Shown here: in pieces, positions 29,334 through 38,960 of the stretch
Numbering within the stretch: the stretch's first letter is position 1
Layout: every line of letters starts with the position of its first letter
Made by a program: the position numbers and the translations under genes
Source of the DNA: a virus
Taxonomy: Duplodnaviria > Caudoviricetes
DNA length: 64,000 bases
Direction: 5' to 3' (one strand)
Virus record (IMG/VR): IMGVR_UViG_3300037067_012889
Coordinates: 1 to 64,000 of that record
Notes under the pieces: generated by a model
What the model was told of the DNA's origin: nothing
The model's input: only the letters and a program-made list of their open reading frames with translations
Database searches by the model: none

Positions 29334-30466
29334 CTCCAGTCTTCTGGCTTAAAGTATTTCCTGTCGATACCGATATATTCACTTTGATTAGCACCATCGC
29401 AATAAGAGCCGTGCCCAAGCATCGCAGCACCTGGATAATGGCAATCTTTTAACGATTTTGGTACTTCGATATTCACACCATGTCTCACATCATTAACGGC
29501 AGCACGAATCGCATCATGTGAAGTTTTATCGCGTTTGCTCGTTGCAATTAAGCACACTGCCTGTGCCATCACCAAGTCGCATTCTGGTCGTCCAATCTCA
29601 CATGCGGCAGTATAAGCAGCGTGTGCGACAGCGGTACAAATCGGGTTTGAGTAAGCATCCTCGGCGGCACACACTAACAATCTACGTGCTATGTATCTAG
29701 GATCTTCGCCCGATTCAAGCCATTTTGACAGCCAATAAATTGCGGCATCAACATCACTTGCTTGTATGCTGCCCTGAAAAGCACTGGCATAATCATATTT
29801 GTCGCTTTCTGATCGTCTATAGTATTTTGATGGTGCTATCTTTTTGACGTTATTTAAATTTATACTTGGGTTGAAATTGTATGCTGCTTGTAAAATTGCC
29901 AATGCTTTTCTGGCATCTCCACAAGAGACTCTAGCCATATATAGAATAGCTTCCTTGTTTGTTACTATTGAATCATCTGATTTCTTAAGATGTTTAATCC
30001 CATTAACAATCAGCTTGATCAAGTCAATCTCTTGCAGTGGTTCTAAAGCGAAAATTTGGCATCTCGATAACAACGATGCACGCATTGTTAGAAATGGATT
30101 GTCGGCACTAGCGCCAATGAAGCGAATGCGAGATGTCTCAAGATATGGCAATAATACATCTGCCTGGCTGGCAGTTAATCTGTAGCAGTCATCGACAAAA
30201 ACTATTGTCTCTTTGTCAGTGTCGAGAACTTTCCGTAGTTCTTTGACCGTAAATGTTGTGGCATTAAACTTATGGATTATATGCTGTTGTTCGATAACAT
30301 TGACTATACTTGTTTTACCAATGCCTGGTACCCCATACAAAATAAAACTGCCAAATGTGTTCGCCTCAATCGATTCTCTGAACGCAGATCCAGGCATAAC
30401 GAGATGTTGCTGGCCGATTACTTCGTCGAAAGTCTTTGGGCGAAGTTGTAGAGCTAGTGGTTGCAT
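29330..30466 (-). CDS. rarA: replication-associated recombination protein A (RarA/MgsA)
   Basis: PLA..LRP..FDEVIGQ, GVPGIGKT, NPF..LLSRC, SAFQGSIQASD.DAA.YWL, DPRYIARRL...AAED, VP..LKD.HY. Confidence 0.95.
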   Translation of the reverse strand: MQPLALQLRPKTFDEVIGQQHLVMPGSAFRESIEANTFGSFILYGVPGIGKTSIVNVIEQQHIIHKFNATTFTVKELRKVLDTDKETIVFVDDCYRLTASQADVLLPYLETSRIRFIGASADNPFLTMRASLLSRCQIFALEPLQEIDLIKLIVNGIKHLKKSDDSIVTNKEAILYMARVSCGDARKALAILQAAYNFNPSINLNNVKKIAPSKYYRRSESDKYDYASAFQGSIQASDVDAAIYWLSKWLESGEDPRYIARRLLVCAAEDAYSNPICTAVAHAAYTAACEIGRPECDLVMAQAVCLIATSKRDKTSHDAIRAAVNDVRHGVNIEVPKSLKDCHYPGAAMLGHGSYCDGANQSEYIGIDRKYFKPEDWS

Positions 30467-30533
30467 TGTAAACCTATCTGCCTATGGCACGCATTTGCAC
30501 GTATTGGTTAAATACATTATTCAAACATAGTAT

Positions 30534-30947
30534 ATGAAATTATCGATACTACATTCGCCGCGTCCGATTTGTGAAGCCGAAGAAAAGAAGCATTGGGGAT
30601 TCCACTTGATGCTTGATTTGAGTGGTTGTAATGATAATATCAAAAATGGCAAAAAGTTAAAAGAATTTGTAAAGGATTTAGTTGAAGCTATCGACATGAT
30701 TGCTGTCGGCAAACCAACAATGAAGAGATTCGGCAGAGATGGGTTAATGGGGTATTCGATAGTTCAGTTAATAGAGACGTCTAGTATAACATTCCATCTG
30801 ATAGAAGAGACGATGACGGCCTACCTCGACGTATTCTCTTGTAAGGATTTCGATCAGCAGACAGTTGTTGATATGGTCCAAGAAAGATTCGAGCCAGAAC
30901 ATATAAAGAAGAAATTTATCTATCGCGATGCACCAAAAGCTGAATAA
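30534..30947 (+). CDS. speD: S-adenosylmethionine decarboxylase proenzyme (phage type)
   Basis: WGFHLMLDLSGC, QLIETSSITFH, YLDVFSCK. Confidence 0.9.
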   Translation: MKLSILHSPRPICEAEEKKHWGFHLMLDLSGCNDNIKNGKKLKEFVKDLVEAIDMIAVGKPTMKRFGRDGLMGYSIVQLIETSSITFHLIEETMTAYLDVFSCKDFDQQTVVDMVQERFEPEHIKKKFIYRDAPKAE

Positions 30948-31750
30948 GATAATTCAATAAACCGTTTAATTATTTCTGCATTCGCTTTGACGCGCATATC
31001 AAAATCGATTCTACCGCCAGTCTCCGTTGTTGCGGTAAATGGTATTCCTGACTGGTGCATATAGGATTCATATGACCCATCGATATCATTAAACACTAGA
31101 CCAGGCTCTTCGACAACATCGTCAACTTTTTGGTGTTTGAGTTGACCTTCTTCCTCGTCGTTTAATGCACCAACTGTGGTATCTAGCATACCAGTAGAGG
31201 TATCGTGATATTCAGAACAACACGTTCTCATACTTTCAGAGAACTGTGATGGCTTATCTGAATGCTCATATGTAAAAATGTGGAACGTCTTTTTATCAGG
31301 ATCCTCGTGTAGTGAAATGAATCCGTCGCTCGCTAAACTTTTGAGAAGTTTATCATGTTGTAATAGTATTTTGCCTTCGTCTGACACCGGGCGGCTTCCG
31401 TCGAAGCCCCTGTTTGGATTGTGTCCAGCACGACCATCACGATTGTTCTTATCAAATCCAACAGGATTAACTAGTGGTATAAACGATAGATTGATGTTTG
31501 TCGTATAACTATTTAAAAATTGTAAGACGCCAAATGGCCCTGCTTGCTCGTTTCCATGAAAACCTGAGGCAATTAACAAATTTGGCCTTGGTTTCTTTTC
31601 TTTCTGTGTTAATAGTATTATGGGTTTGCCAGCGACAGTACCCAATACCTGTTTAGTGTATCCTCTAACTGACTTCAAGCCAGCAAGAATCTGATTGGTT
31701 GTGTGATGGCCAGCCAGGGCTTCTTCAAGTAATTTATAAAATGTGTACAT
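30920..31750 (-). CDS. M14-like metallo-carboxypeptidase / succinylglutamate desuccinylase family
   Basis: GFHGNE, NP.G, NPNR.F, ISLHED, TTET. Confidence 0.85.
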   Translation of the reverse strand: MYTFYKLLEEALAGHHTTNQILAGLKSVRGYTKQVLGTVAGKPIILLTQKEKKPRPNLLIASGFHGNEQAGPFGVLQFLNSYTTNINLSFIPLVNPVGFDKNNRDGRAGHNPNRGFDGSRPVSDEGKILLQHDKLLKSLASDGFISLHEDPDKKTFHIFTYEHSDKPSQFSESMRTCCSEYHDTSTGMLDTTVGALNDEEEGQLKHQKVDDVVEEPGLVFNDIDGSYESYMHQSGIPFTATTETGGRIDFDMRVKANAEIIKRFIELSYSAFGASR

Positions 31751-31818
31751 ATTATAGTTTTGAATACTCAGAATTATTGGTTGTCTAAAGCGTATTTCAA
31801 ATATGTAAGGCCACGGTT

Positions 31819-31850
31819 TCCCGCCACGGTCCATCTAGACCATGGCGGGA
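31819..31850. promoter_or_regulatory. GC-rich hairpin in a divergent intergenic region
   Basis: TCCCGCCA...TGGCGGGA with inner GGTC/GACC. Confidence 0.45.
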
Positions 31851-31881
31851 CCGGTTTCGTTATAATAATAAGGAATCACTA

Positions 31882-32070
31882 ATGTTATCAGACGCCTATA
31901 TCACAGCAACCTGTGATAGCTGTGGAGAACGGCAGGAATTAGAACTTACAGCAACAGCTCGCGGATGGGATGAACGTAATATTGCCGGGAAATTAAAAGA
32001 ATATGATTGGTTAGTAGACGGAGACAGACATATCTGCCCCGACTGCCAAAGCAATGAGAATAAGAGTTAG
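31882..32070 (+). CDS. small zinc-finger protein
   Basis: CDSC...CPDC; AAGGA SD. Confidence 0.65.
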   Translation: MLSDAYITATCDSCGERQELELTATARGWDERNIAGKLKEYDWLVDGDRHICPDCQSNENKS

Positions 32071-32122
32071 TCTTTTATTGTGATCTCGTTATTATAGTGA
32101 AAACTAAAATAAAGGATAACAT

Positions 32123-32695
32123 ATGCAATTGGATAATTTATCTGGGACGACTACAGAATCTGACGACACCACATTAATTCCATTTCCGGAATTGCGCCAG
32201 GTATACCATTATGATTGCGTAGCATGCGCGTTGACATGCATACTCGCCGCTAACAATATTAATGTTCGCGAAGATGAAGTTATTAGAATCGCCGGAACTA
32301 CAGAAAAGGATGGGACAGATCCACCGGGCGTGTTCAAAGTCTTGGAGCATTTTGAATTAAAATATCGTGCTGGTTCGATGGTTCTACAAGATATCAAATC
32401 AGCAATTAAAAATGGGCACCCGGTCCTTCTAATGCTACAGGCATATCGTGATAATCCCACCATACCATATCAAGATTGTTGGGATGACGGCCATGGCGTA
32501 GTTTGTATTGGATACGGAGATGAGAAATTCATCTTCGAAGATCCAGCCAGCTATACTCGTACATGGCTAAGTGAAAATGAACTGCTAACTCGATGGCACG
32601 ATACTGACGTAAATGGCACACGTCTTATGTCATGGGGATGCGAAATATTACAAAGGCCACAATTTGAATCTGGAAAAGTCGTCAGGATGGAATAA
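32123..32695 (+). CDS. C39-family cysteine peptidase
   Basis: RQ....DC.ACAL, GHGVV.IG, EDPA. Confidence 0.85.
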   Translation: MQLDNLSGTTTESDDTTLIPFPELRQVYHYDCVACALTCILAANNINVREDEVIRIAGTTEKDGTDPPGVFKVLEHFELKYRAGSMVLQDIKSAIKNGHPVLLMLQAYRDNPTIPYQDCWDDGHGVVCIGYGDEKFIFEDPASYTRTWLSENELLTRWHDTDVNGTRLMSWGCEILQRPQFESGKVVRME

Positions 32696-33114
32696 TGCAA
32701 CTTAATGGTTTACAAGGGACGATCATAGAATCGATAAGAAATCTCGAAGTATACCATGGCGGCTCTCCTGCTAAGGGCAAGTTAGTTACCTATTATACTA
32801 CATCGGAAAAGATGGCACAAAGCTATGTCGAGATGTTCAATGATAGGTTCGGTAACACTGGAAGGGTCCACAGATCGACAATTACTATAAGTAATCCAGC
32901 TCCACCGGAAATCATCGATCTGGAAGCGAAAAAGGTTGGTGTGAATATTGATGACTATACCCCGGCAAGCGTCTTTGATTCCAATCTACAAGGGTATAAT
33001 GAGGTTGCTAGGCTGGTAATAACCCTCAAAAAGCGGGGTTATGATGGTGCAATACTAAAAGATATAGGATATGGTATAGGTATTGTAGAGGATGTCTACA
33101 TTGTCCTTAGTTAA
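32695..33114 (+). CDS. ADP-ribosyltransferase-fold (ART-PolyVal-like) protein
   Basis: VYHGG, YYTTS..MA.SY and GYDGAI motifs. Confidence 0.6.
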   Translation: MQLNGLQGTIIESIRNLEVYHGGSPAKGKLVTYYTTSEKMAQSYVEMFNDRFGNTGRVHRSTITISNPAPPEIIDLEAKKVGVNIDDYTPASVFDSNLQGYNEVARLVITLKKRGYDGAILKDIGYGIGIVEDVYIVLS

Positions 33115-33194
33115 TGATTGATTTCTTTTGTGCTAGAACAGTCTAACCATTTGGTGCCACAGTAGTATCACTATCCTTTCTACCGGAGGTCGTC

Positions 33195-33536
33195 ATGAGA
33201 ACGTTATTAGCATGTTTGGTGCTGCTTCTCACAACCAGTGTAGCCAATGCGGCTTGGCAAGAAAAGGTGTTTGATGAAAAGTACCAAATAAAGGTATATC
33301 CCGCACCTACTTGGGAAGTATGTGACCACGGGAGCCTCCATCTCGTTCAACCGGCTCCATATTGGGAAGAACGAACCAGGACAGTGCGTCAATGGTACTG
33401 GGTAGCAGATCCACAACCCATATATGTGCATCCACAGGTCTACTCAACATCTCCAATCTACGTATGTCCACAGACTATCTGCGTGTGCCCGCAAACCTAT
33501 GTGTGTCCGCAACCAACATATTTTTATAGTTGGTGA
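33195..33536 (+). CDS. exported small protein with xxVCPQ repeats
   Basis: Signal peptide ending ANA-A; GGAGG SD; C-terminal IYVCPQ/ICVCPQ/TYVCPQ. Confidence 0.7.
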   Translation: MRTLLACLVLLLTTSVANAAWQEKVFDEKYQIKVYPAPTWEVCDHGSLHLVQPAPYWEERTRTVRQWYWVADPQPIYVHPQVYSTSPIYVCPQTICVCPQTYVCPQPTYFYSW

Positions 33537-34401
33537 TGTGTTCAGAATGTCGGAAATAGTATTTAATTCTCCGGAGAAGGAGAATAATATGCCGACACCT
33601 GAACCGACGCCCGAGCAAAAAAGTATGATAGAGCAATCGCGGGAAGCGTTCAAAAAGGGCGAATACATATTGCTCAAGGACTACATTTCTGAATTACGTG
33701 AAAAAGCGATCCTTAAACGGATAACAATAGTAACGGCTCAACAAAAGAGTAAGTGCGAATTGGCCATAGATATAATGACCAACGGGCCTGTTGTTGCCGT
33801 ATCAGTCCTTGAACATGGCGGATATAACATAACAGTCAAGTCAGGAGTGGCATTGATATCGACCGTCTATAATGGAATGTCATTGGCTGACGCGATTATA
33901 TCGGCTAGTACAGATTATGAACTTAAATCAGAATAACATTCACATCACACAATGCTGCTGTTCGAACCATCATTGTGTAGCGGCTGCAGCGTGGGAAGAA
34001 CCTCACTACACATTAGAAACGATGGTGGCTGTGTTCAAAAACAGCATCGCTACCGCTATCAATAACAGACTAATCAATCCATGGTGCGGCATTTGCCACA
34101 ATGACACGTTCATCTACATTGACGAAGTAGTCACATCTAGTTTTGAGGACGCGGTACAGCGTGCGTTAGAAATCCAGGCCGAAAGTTTCAAAGCGAAGCG
34201 GGAATTAGACATATTAAGGAACTGACCTGGATGACAGTCAGAGATTTACGAGAACTATTGTTACTGTGGCGAGAAGCAAACAAGCGTCTAGATTTGATCG
34301 AAAGCATCCATATGTCCGGTGGTGATGCTTTCGATTTAGAATGCAAGCTCGATGAAAGATTGGGTCGCGTTCTAGAATTGCTCAAGAAGGAATCTTGATA
34401 T

Positions 34402-34665
34402 ATGCCCGGTCCAATAAGCGACTCATATGATCCGGTTTGGGGAACGGCCAGTAATGCCAGTGAAGTTCGTGATGGAATACACGAAATGGACGTCGTGTTG
34501 ACGCATATGATAAAAACCCTCGCTCACAGCGAAGAGGCACCACGTTATATTCTGAATGAAATCAGAAGAAAAGACCATACTAAGATCCAGGTCGAATTAA
34601 CAGAACGTCAAATGCGAATATTACGCTACGCTTGCCGTGTAGCACTCGACGAAGAGGACATATGA
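34402..34665 (+). CDS. hypothetical protein
   Basis: AAGGA SD. Confidence 0.6.
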   Translation: MPGPISDSYDPVWGTASNASEVRDGIHEMDVVLTHMIKTLAHSEEAPRYILNEIRRKDHTKIQVELTERQMRILRYACRVALDEEDI

Positions 34666-35162
34666 TCATGTTCAAAGTTATGCAGTTTGAACCGAAGACG
34701 CTGCGATGGTGGTACTCGCAGCGTTCTAAGATCGATATGAACCCTTCCTACCAATGGCGTGGTCGCTCTTGGTCACAAACAGACAAAGCACTTCTGATAG
34801 ATTCAGTCCTTAATGAATACGACCTACCGAAGTTCTATCTTATCGACTTCACTTTCGGCCATACTAAACTGAATGTGAAAGGTATACCCTATGCCATTAT
34901 CGACGGCAAACAACGTTTTGAGACTCTATTCGACTTCTTCGATGGAAAACTTGTTCTAGGGAATGACTTTGTATTCCAACAGAACCGCTCATTAAAGCTA
35001 TCTGGGCTTGGATTTGCGGACCTAAGAAAGAGCTACCCCGAAGTCGCAGATATTTTCGATAGCCACAACCTGTCTGTCATGCGCGTTGTGACCGACGACA
35101 AAGACAAGATTGGTGAATTGTTCACCCGACTGAATCATGGTGAGCCGCACGTCTTAGTTTAA
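34662..35162 (+). CDS. DUF262 (GmrSD N-terminal, ParB-like) stand-alone domain
   Basis: PSYQWR..WS, LIDSVL..Y.LP, IIDGKQR, LFTRLN. Confidence 0.85.
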   Translation: MIMFKVMQFEPKTLRWWYSQRSKIDMNPSYQWRGRSWSQTDKALLIDSVLNEYDLPKFYLIDFTFGHTKLNVKGIPYAIIDGKQRFETLFDFFDGKLVLGNDFVFQQNRSLKLSGLGFADLRKSYPEVADIFDSHNLSVMRVVTDDKDKIGELFTRLNHGEPHVLV

Positions 35163-35184
35163 TGAAAGATTGGGTCGAATTTTG

Positions 35185-35646
35185 ATGTATGACTGTGGTG
35201 AAACAGAATGTTTCGGGCAACCAATCAATGGAAAGCTTCTTGTCGTAGGAAAATCGGCTGCTGGTGATTTTACCAGTTGCAGACCATGGGCATGCATATC
35301 AATCGGATGCGAACCGGGCGATTGGCCAAAAATCAACAAATGTCAACTCATAGATTGTCTGCAAATCGCATTTGCCGATATCGATCAGGCCGATAAAGAT
35401 AAAATCCTGTTCAGCGAAGAACACGCTCGACAAATTTGGGAGTTTGTCGAGCGTACTTGGGACAAGGTTGATTTATTGTTGATTCATTGCCTTGCTGGGG
35501 CATGTCGATCACCAGCTGTTGCCGCTGCTATCGCAAAGGTTAAGTATGGCGATGATAGTCTTTATTTCAAATTCTATGCACCAAATATGCTTGTCTATCG
35601 TATAATGATAGAATGCGCATTCACCAAGGGACTTATTAATGTCTGA
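35185..35646 (+). CDS. protein tyrosine / dual-specificity phosphatase-like
   Basis: IHCLAGACRS (HCx5R). Confidence 0.85.
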   Translation: MYDCGETECFGQPINGKLLVVGKSAAGDFTSCRPWACISIGCEPGDWPKINKCQLIDCLQIAFADIDQADKDKILFSEEHARQIWEFVERTWDKVDLLLIHCLAGACRSPAVAAAIAKVKYGDDSLYFKFYAPNMLVYRIMIECAFTKGLINV

Positions 35647-35986
35647 TTATCTTCATATCGCTAGCGATGATGACAACGACGATTCACAATCAGATCTGAA
35701 AGAAGAATTCACCAAGGAAGATCTAACTCCCGGTACGCTAGACAATCCGAAGAAATTTGGTCTTTTTGATATTAAGACCAAAACATGGATGGGCTCAACC
35801 GTCGCTCCCCTCACATTCGGAAAGCATATAGTTGCGCAAATCTCTGCGCAGCTACTTTGTGAGAGGATGGAAGTACCGCTAGGACGAATCGTAGTTAAAC
35901 CATATATCGACGCTAGAAAAAAGGTCGAAGATATTCATCTAAACGTCTCTTTTGAAGACGCCTGGGAGAGGTTGACAAAAGAATAA
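35639..35986 (+). CDS. hypothetical protein
   Basis: Coupled ORF. Confidence 0.6.
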   Translation: MSDYLHIASDDDNDDSQSDLKEEFTKEDLTPGTLDNPKKFGLFDIKTKTWMGSTVAPLTFGKHIVAQISAQLLCERMEVPLGRIVVKPYIDARKKVEDIHLNVSFEDAWERLTKE

Positions 35987-35988
35987 TA

Positions 35989-36732
35989 ATGTTACCGCAT
36001 ATTATCCCATATAACAAAGCGAACGTCGCAAAAGATCAGCCATGGCTATCTGACGTCGATCCGAATTACTTGGATATGCTAGATATATTCGGATATAACA
36101 CAGACATAGAACCATGTGTTCTGCAAGATCTGATTACTAGAGCAGATGAAGGCGATCAATACGCCTATCAGCAGATCTACCCTCTTTCGCATTTCATATT
36201 AACCACAGATTATCGTATCGTCCAAGAACCAAACGTATTGCGGTGGGGAGTTTTCTTGGAAAAAGCTGAACACCGTTCGATAGACATCACGACAATATCT
36301 GTCGGACGAGACCATAAGCACGGCACTCCATCGTTTAAGACTGAATATGTTTGTGTCTCAACCGTCTTTATTGGTGCTAGTGAAAATGAACTATTTGAAA
36401 CGAGGATTTTCGGCGGTCCACTAGATGGTGCATGCTGGCGTCACAAAACTCTTATCGATTCCAAAACAAAGCATTGGAAAATTGTCCAGACTGTCCGTAG
36501 TTTGAATCGACACATGAAGCGTCATGGGAAATCATTCAGAAAAGATTGGCTGAGATTGCAAAAAGTACATCGGCTTGCGAGTATTCGTGGTTTCGGATGG
36601 CTTAGTAAGCATGTAGATGTTCTGGAAAATCTATATATCAGACTCGGACGTGTGCCTGGCCGTCCGCAAGTCCCGCAACCAAACATTATGCGCACAATGA
36701 TCCAAATATTCATACCAAGGGAATCATTATGA
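35989..36732 (+). CDS. hypothetical protein
   Basis: VSTVFIG...LFETRIFGG motif typical of phage hypotheticals. Confidence 0.65.
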   Translation: MLPHIIPYNKANVAKDQPWLSDVDPNYLDMLDIFGYNTDIEPCVLQDLITRADEGDQYAYQQIYPLSHFILTTDYRIVQEPNVLRWGVFLEKAEHRSIDITTISVGRDHKHGTPSFKTEYVCVSTVFIGASENELFETRIFGGPLDGACWRHKTLIDSKTKHWKIVQTVRSLNRHMKRHGKSFRKDWLRLQKVHRLASIRGFGWLSKHVDVLENLYIRLGRVPGRPQVPQPNIMRTMIQIFIPRESL

Positions 36733-37115
36733 GTTTTCCGCCACGTTTCCTACATAGTCACGATCATCTTCAACAAAATCCGGATCATGAGCACGTTGTA
36801 GTTGATCGCGAAGATTGGATTGAAGCACGGAAAGCTTTAGGGCTTCCATCGCAATTAACTGAGGAAGATTGGAACGAATACGATTTTTGCGTCTTCTTAA
36901 TTGATGGGACAGTCATTAATCAAGAGATTACAGATGCATTGTTTGTGGCTGGGTGCGACGATGGAACAATCGCCACTTCAGGCACTCGTGCCTGGATCAG
37001 ATTCACAAGGAAAGCCGAGTCGCTCAGAGCTGCTATCAAATCGGCAGTCCACGATATAGAGAAAGCCAAATGTGTCGTTGTAGCCCATGTTGAAATTGAG
37101 ACTAATACATTATGA
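36729..37115 (+). CDS. conserved hypothetical protein (AGCDD motif)
   Basis: LFVAGCDDGT...FTRKAESL..AI.SA..D. Confidence 0.65.
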   Translation: MSFPPRFLHSHDHLQQNPDHEHVVVDREDWIEARKALGLPSQLTEEDWNEYDFCVFLIDGTVINQEITDALFVAGCDDGTIATSGTRAWIRFTRKAESLRAAIKSAVHDIEKAKCVVVAHVEIETNTL

Positions 37116-37729
37116 TCTACTTCACTTCCGACATGCACATACGACACGGAAACGTGTTAAAGCATATGCCGCTCAGGGCCGCTGCTTTCGGCAACATAGA
37201 TACTATGGGCGAGCACTTTATCGATGAGTGCAATCGCGTCGTGAAGCCGAATGATGAATTACGTATACTTGGTGATTGGATTTGGGGTGCCAGTTGGTAT
37301 GGACATTACCGTGCGAAGTTCAAGGTACGCAAAATTCATGTAGTAGGTGGCAATCATGATTATCGATCTATTTCAAAGTATGTCTCGTCGTACAAAGAGA
37401 TCGATTACACTAAAATCGATGGCATCAGGTTTCACTTATCACATTATCCGATATTCTCTTGGCGTGGCCGTGAAAGGCCGAAGTCGATACATCTATATGG
37501 ACATTCTCACGGCAGGAGCGAAGCATTCTTGAACGAGCATTTTCCAGGAAGAAGAGCAATGGATATCGGAATAGATAACGCATTCACACTGCTTGGAGAA
37601 TGGCGACCATTTTCGCTCGATGAAATATTATCTATATTAAAGATCACCCGATGCCCAATTTGTAATAAAATCGATCCGAGGCACGATAAAACGTGCCCAA
37701 ATTTTGTCAGTATACAGCGTGGTATTTAA
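37112..37729 (+). CDS. calcineurin-like metallophosphoesterase
   Basis: SDMH, LGD, GNHD, SHYP, GHSH. Confidence 0.9.
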   Translation: MIYFTSDMHIRHGNVLKHMPLRAAAFGNIDTMGEHFIDECNRVVKPNDELRILGDWIWGASWYGHYRAKFKVRKIHVVGGNHDYRSISKYVSSYKEIDYTKIDGIRFHLSHYPIFSWRGRERPKSIHLYGHSHGRSEAFLNEHFPGRRAMDIGIDNAFTLLGEWRPFSLDEILSILKITRCPICNKIDPRHDKTCPNFVSIQRGI

Positions 37730-37740
37730 AAGGAACACAT

Positions 37741-37813
37741 GGGCCAGAAGCATAATGGTTTATGCAAGACACTCATAATGTCGGGATTGCAGGTTCGAGT
37801 CCTGCCTGGCCTA
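37741..37813 (+). tRNA. tRNA with CAT anticodon (Ile2 or Met)
   Basis: Acceptor GGGCCAG/CTGGCCT, anticodon loop CTCATAA, T loop TTCGAGT; no CCA. Confidence 0.88.
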
Positions 37814-37835
37814 CTCAAGCCCACTTTGGGCTTGA
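37814..37835 (+). other. hairpin directly 3' of the tRNA
   Basis: CTCAAGCCC-ACTT-T-GGGCTTGAG. Confidence 0.55.
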
Positions 37836-37903
37836 GGCGGTTAATTGGTACGCTTGACGTGCAAAGGGAAAACTCTTAACCGCCTATTTTTACAATCAAG
37901 ATT

Positions 37904-38077
37904 ATGCTTTGCGAAGATTGTCATCAAGAGATTGCGCCAGAGCGTTTGGAATATCTTCCAAATACTAAATATTGTGTAAAATGTGCTGTAAACCATCCAC
38001 CGCCTACACCAGATCCAAATATTTTGTGTGCAAAGGCTAGTGCATCGTGTTCTAATGGATTTGCTCCGAAGGACTAA
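37904..38077 (+). CDS. TraR/DksA-type C4 zinc-finger protein (57 aa, absent from ORF track)
   Basis: Hand translation: MLCEDCHQEIAPERLEYLPNTKYCVKC... Confidence 0.8.
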   Translation: MLCEDCHQEIAPERLEYLPNTKYCVKCAVNHPPPTPDPNILCAKASASCSNGFAPKD

Positions 38078-38078
38078 T

Positions 38079-38438
38079 GTGGAATATACTACACTAAAAG
38101 TTCGAAAGGACGATGTAAAAGCCGTTCGTGAATTTCTGGCGGAACGAAGGAGACAGCGTGCACATGACAAAGCAGTTAAACGTTACCTTGCTAAAGCCTA
38201 TAAATTTCTAAACGCCAATAATGACAGAAGACTAGCCTACGTCAAAAGAAGGCCAAAAACAGAATTTCATTGGTGTCATATTATGGACCAAGAATTAGCG
38301 ATGTGGGCATCACTCGCAAGGCTCGTCAAAAAGGATGAATATATCGACATGTGTGCCAGACGAGGATTTGGCCCAGCACAACGGCGATTTCTAGAAGAGG
38401 GACTGGAATCAATCGGATTAAAAGGTTGGACATCTTAA
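38079..38438 (+). CDS. hypothetical protein
   Basis: GTG start after AAGGA within ORF 38028..38438. Confidence 0.55.
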   Translation: MEYTTLKVRKDDVKAVREFLAERRRQRAHDKAVKRYLAKAYKFLNANNDRRLAYVKRRPKTEFHWCHIMDQELAMWASLARLVKKDEYIDMCARRGFGPAQRRFLEEGLESIGLKGWTS

Positions 38439-38601
38439 TGCCAGAAACCACAGAAACTCAATTCAAATGCCCAAACTGTGGATTCGTTGGATCTCTTGAA
38501 CATTTTGATGTATGTGGTGCTGATGATGGCAAGATGTTCTGTACACAATGCTCGTTGGAAGATGAGATGATAGAATTAGACGAAAACGGAAATCAAGTGC
38601 C

Positions 38602-38859
38602 TTGATGAACGAGAAACGCATTGCCAAAGAAAAATTAAAACCAAAGAAAAGACCAGAAACTGTCTGGTGTAGTTTTAACTTCTATGACAATCAAGAGGCA
38701 AAACCATTACAAGTGGGCGGCAAACGCCCCAATCACGTACGCTGTCCCAAATGTGGCAGAAGGTTAACCCCACAAACAGTTACTCATACCGGTTGTGGTG
38801 AACCCTTTGAACCATCATATCTTATACCGAAACACAAAATACCATATTCGAAACGATAG
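38602..38859 (+). CDS. basic zinc-finger hypothetical protein
   Basis: CPKCG, PKHK. Confidence 0.55.
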   Translation: MMNEKRIAKEKLKPKKRPETVWCSFNFYDNQEAKPLQVGGKRPNHVRCPKCGRRLTPQTVTHTGCGEPFEPSYLIPKHKIPYSKR

Positions 38860-38930
38860 CCGGTGTAGCTCAGTGGTAGAGCAGCTGATCTGTAATCAGC
38901 TGGTCGTGGGTTCGACTCCCTCCACCGGCT
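38859..38930 (+). tRNA. tRNA-Thr(TGT)
   Basis: Acceptor GCCGGTG/CACCGGC, anticodon stem GCTGA/TCAGC with loop TCTGTAA, T loop TTCGACT. Confidence 0.85.
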
Positions 38931-38960
38931 CTGTGCAGCATATTAACTAGATAGTCTTCT

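Noticed and set aside
38859-38930. tRNA-Tyr(GTA) reading of CTGTAAT
   Set aside because: That register breaks the anticodon stem, there is no long variable arm, and the acceptor stem is Thr-like
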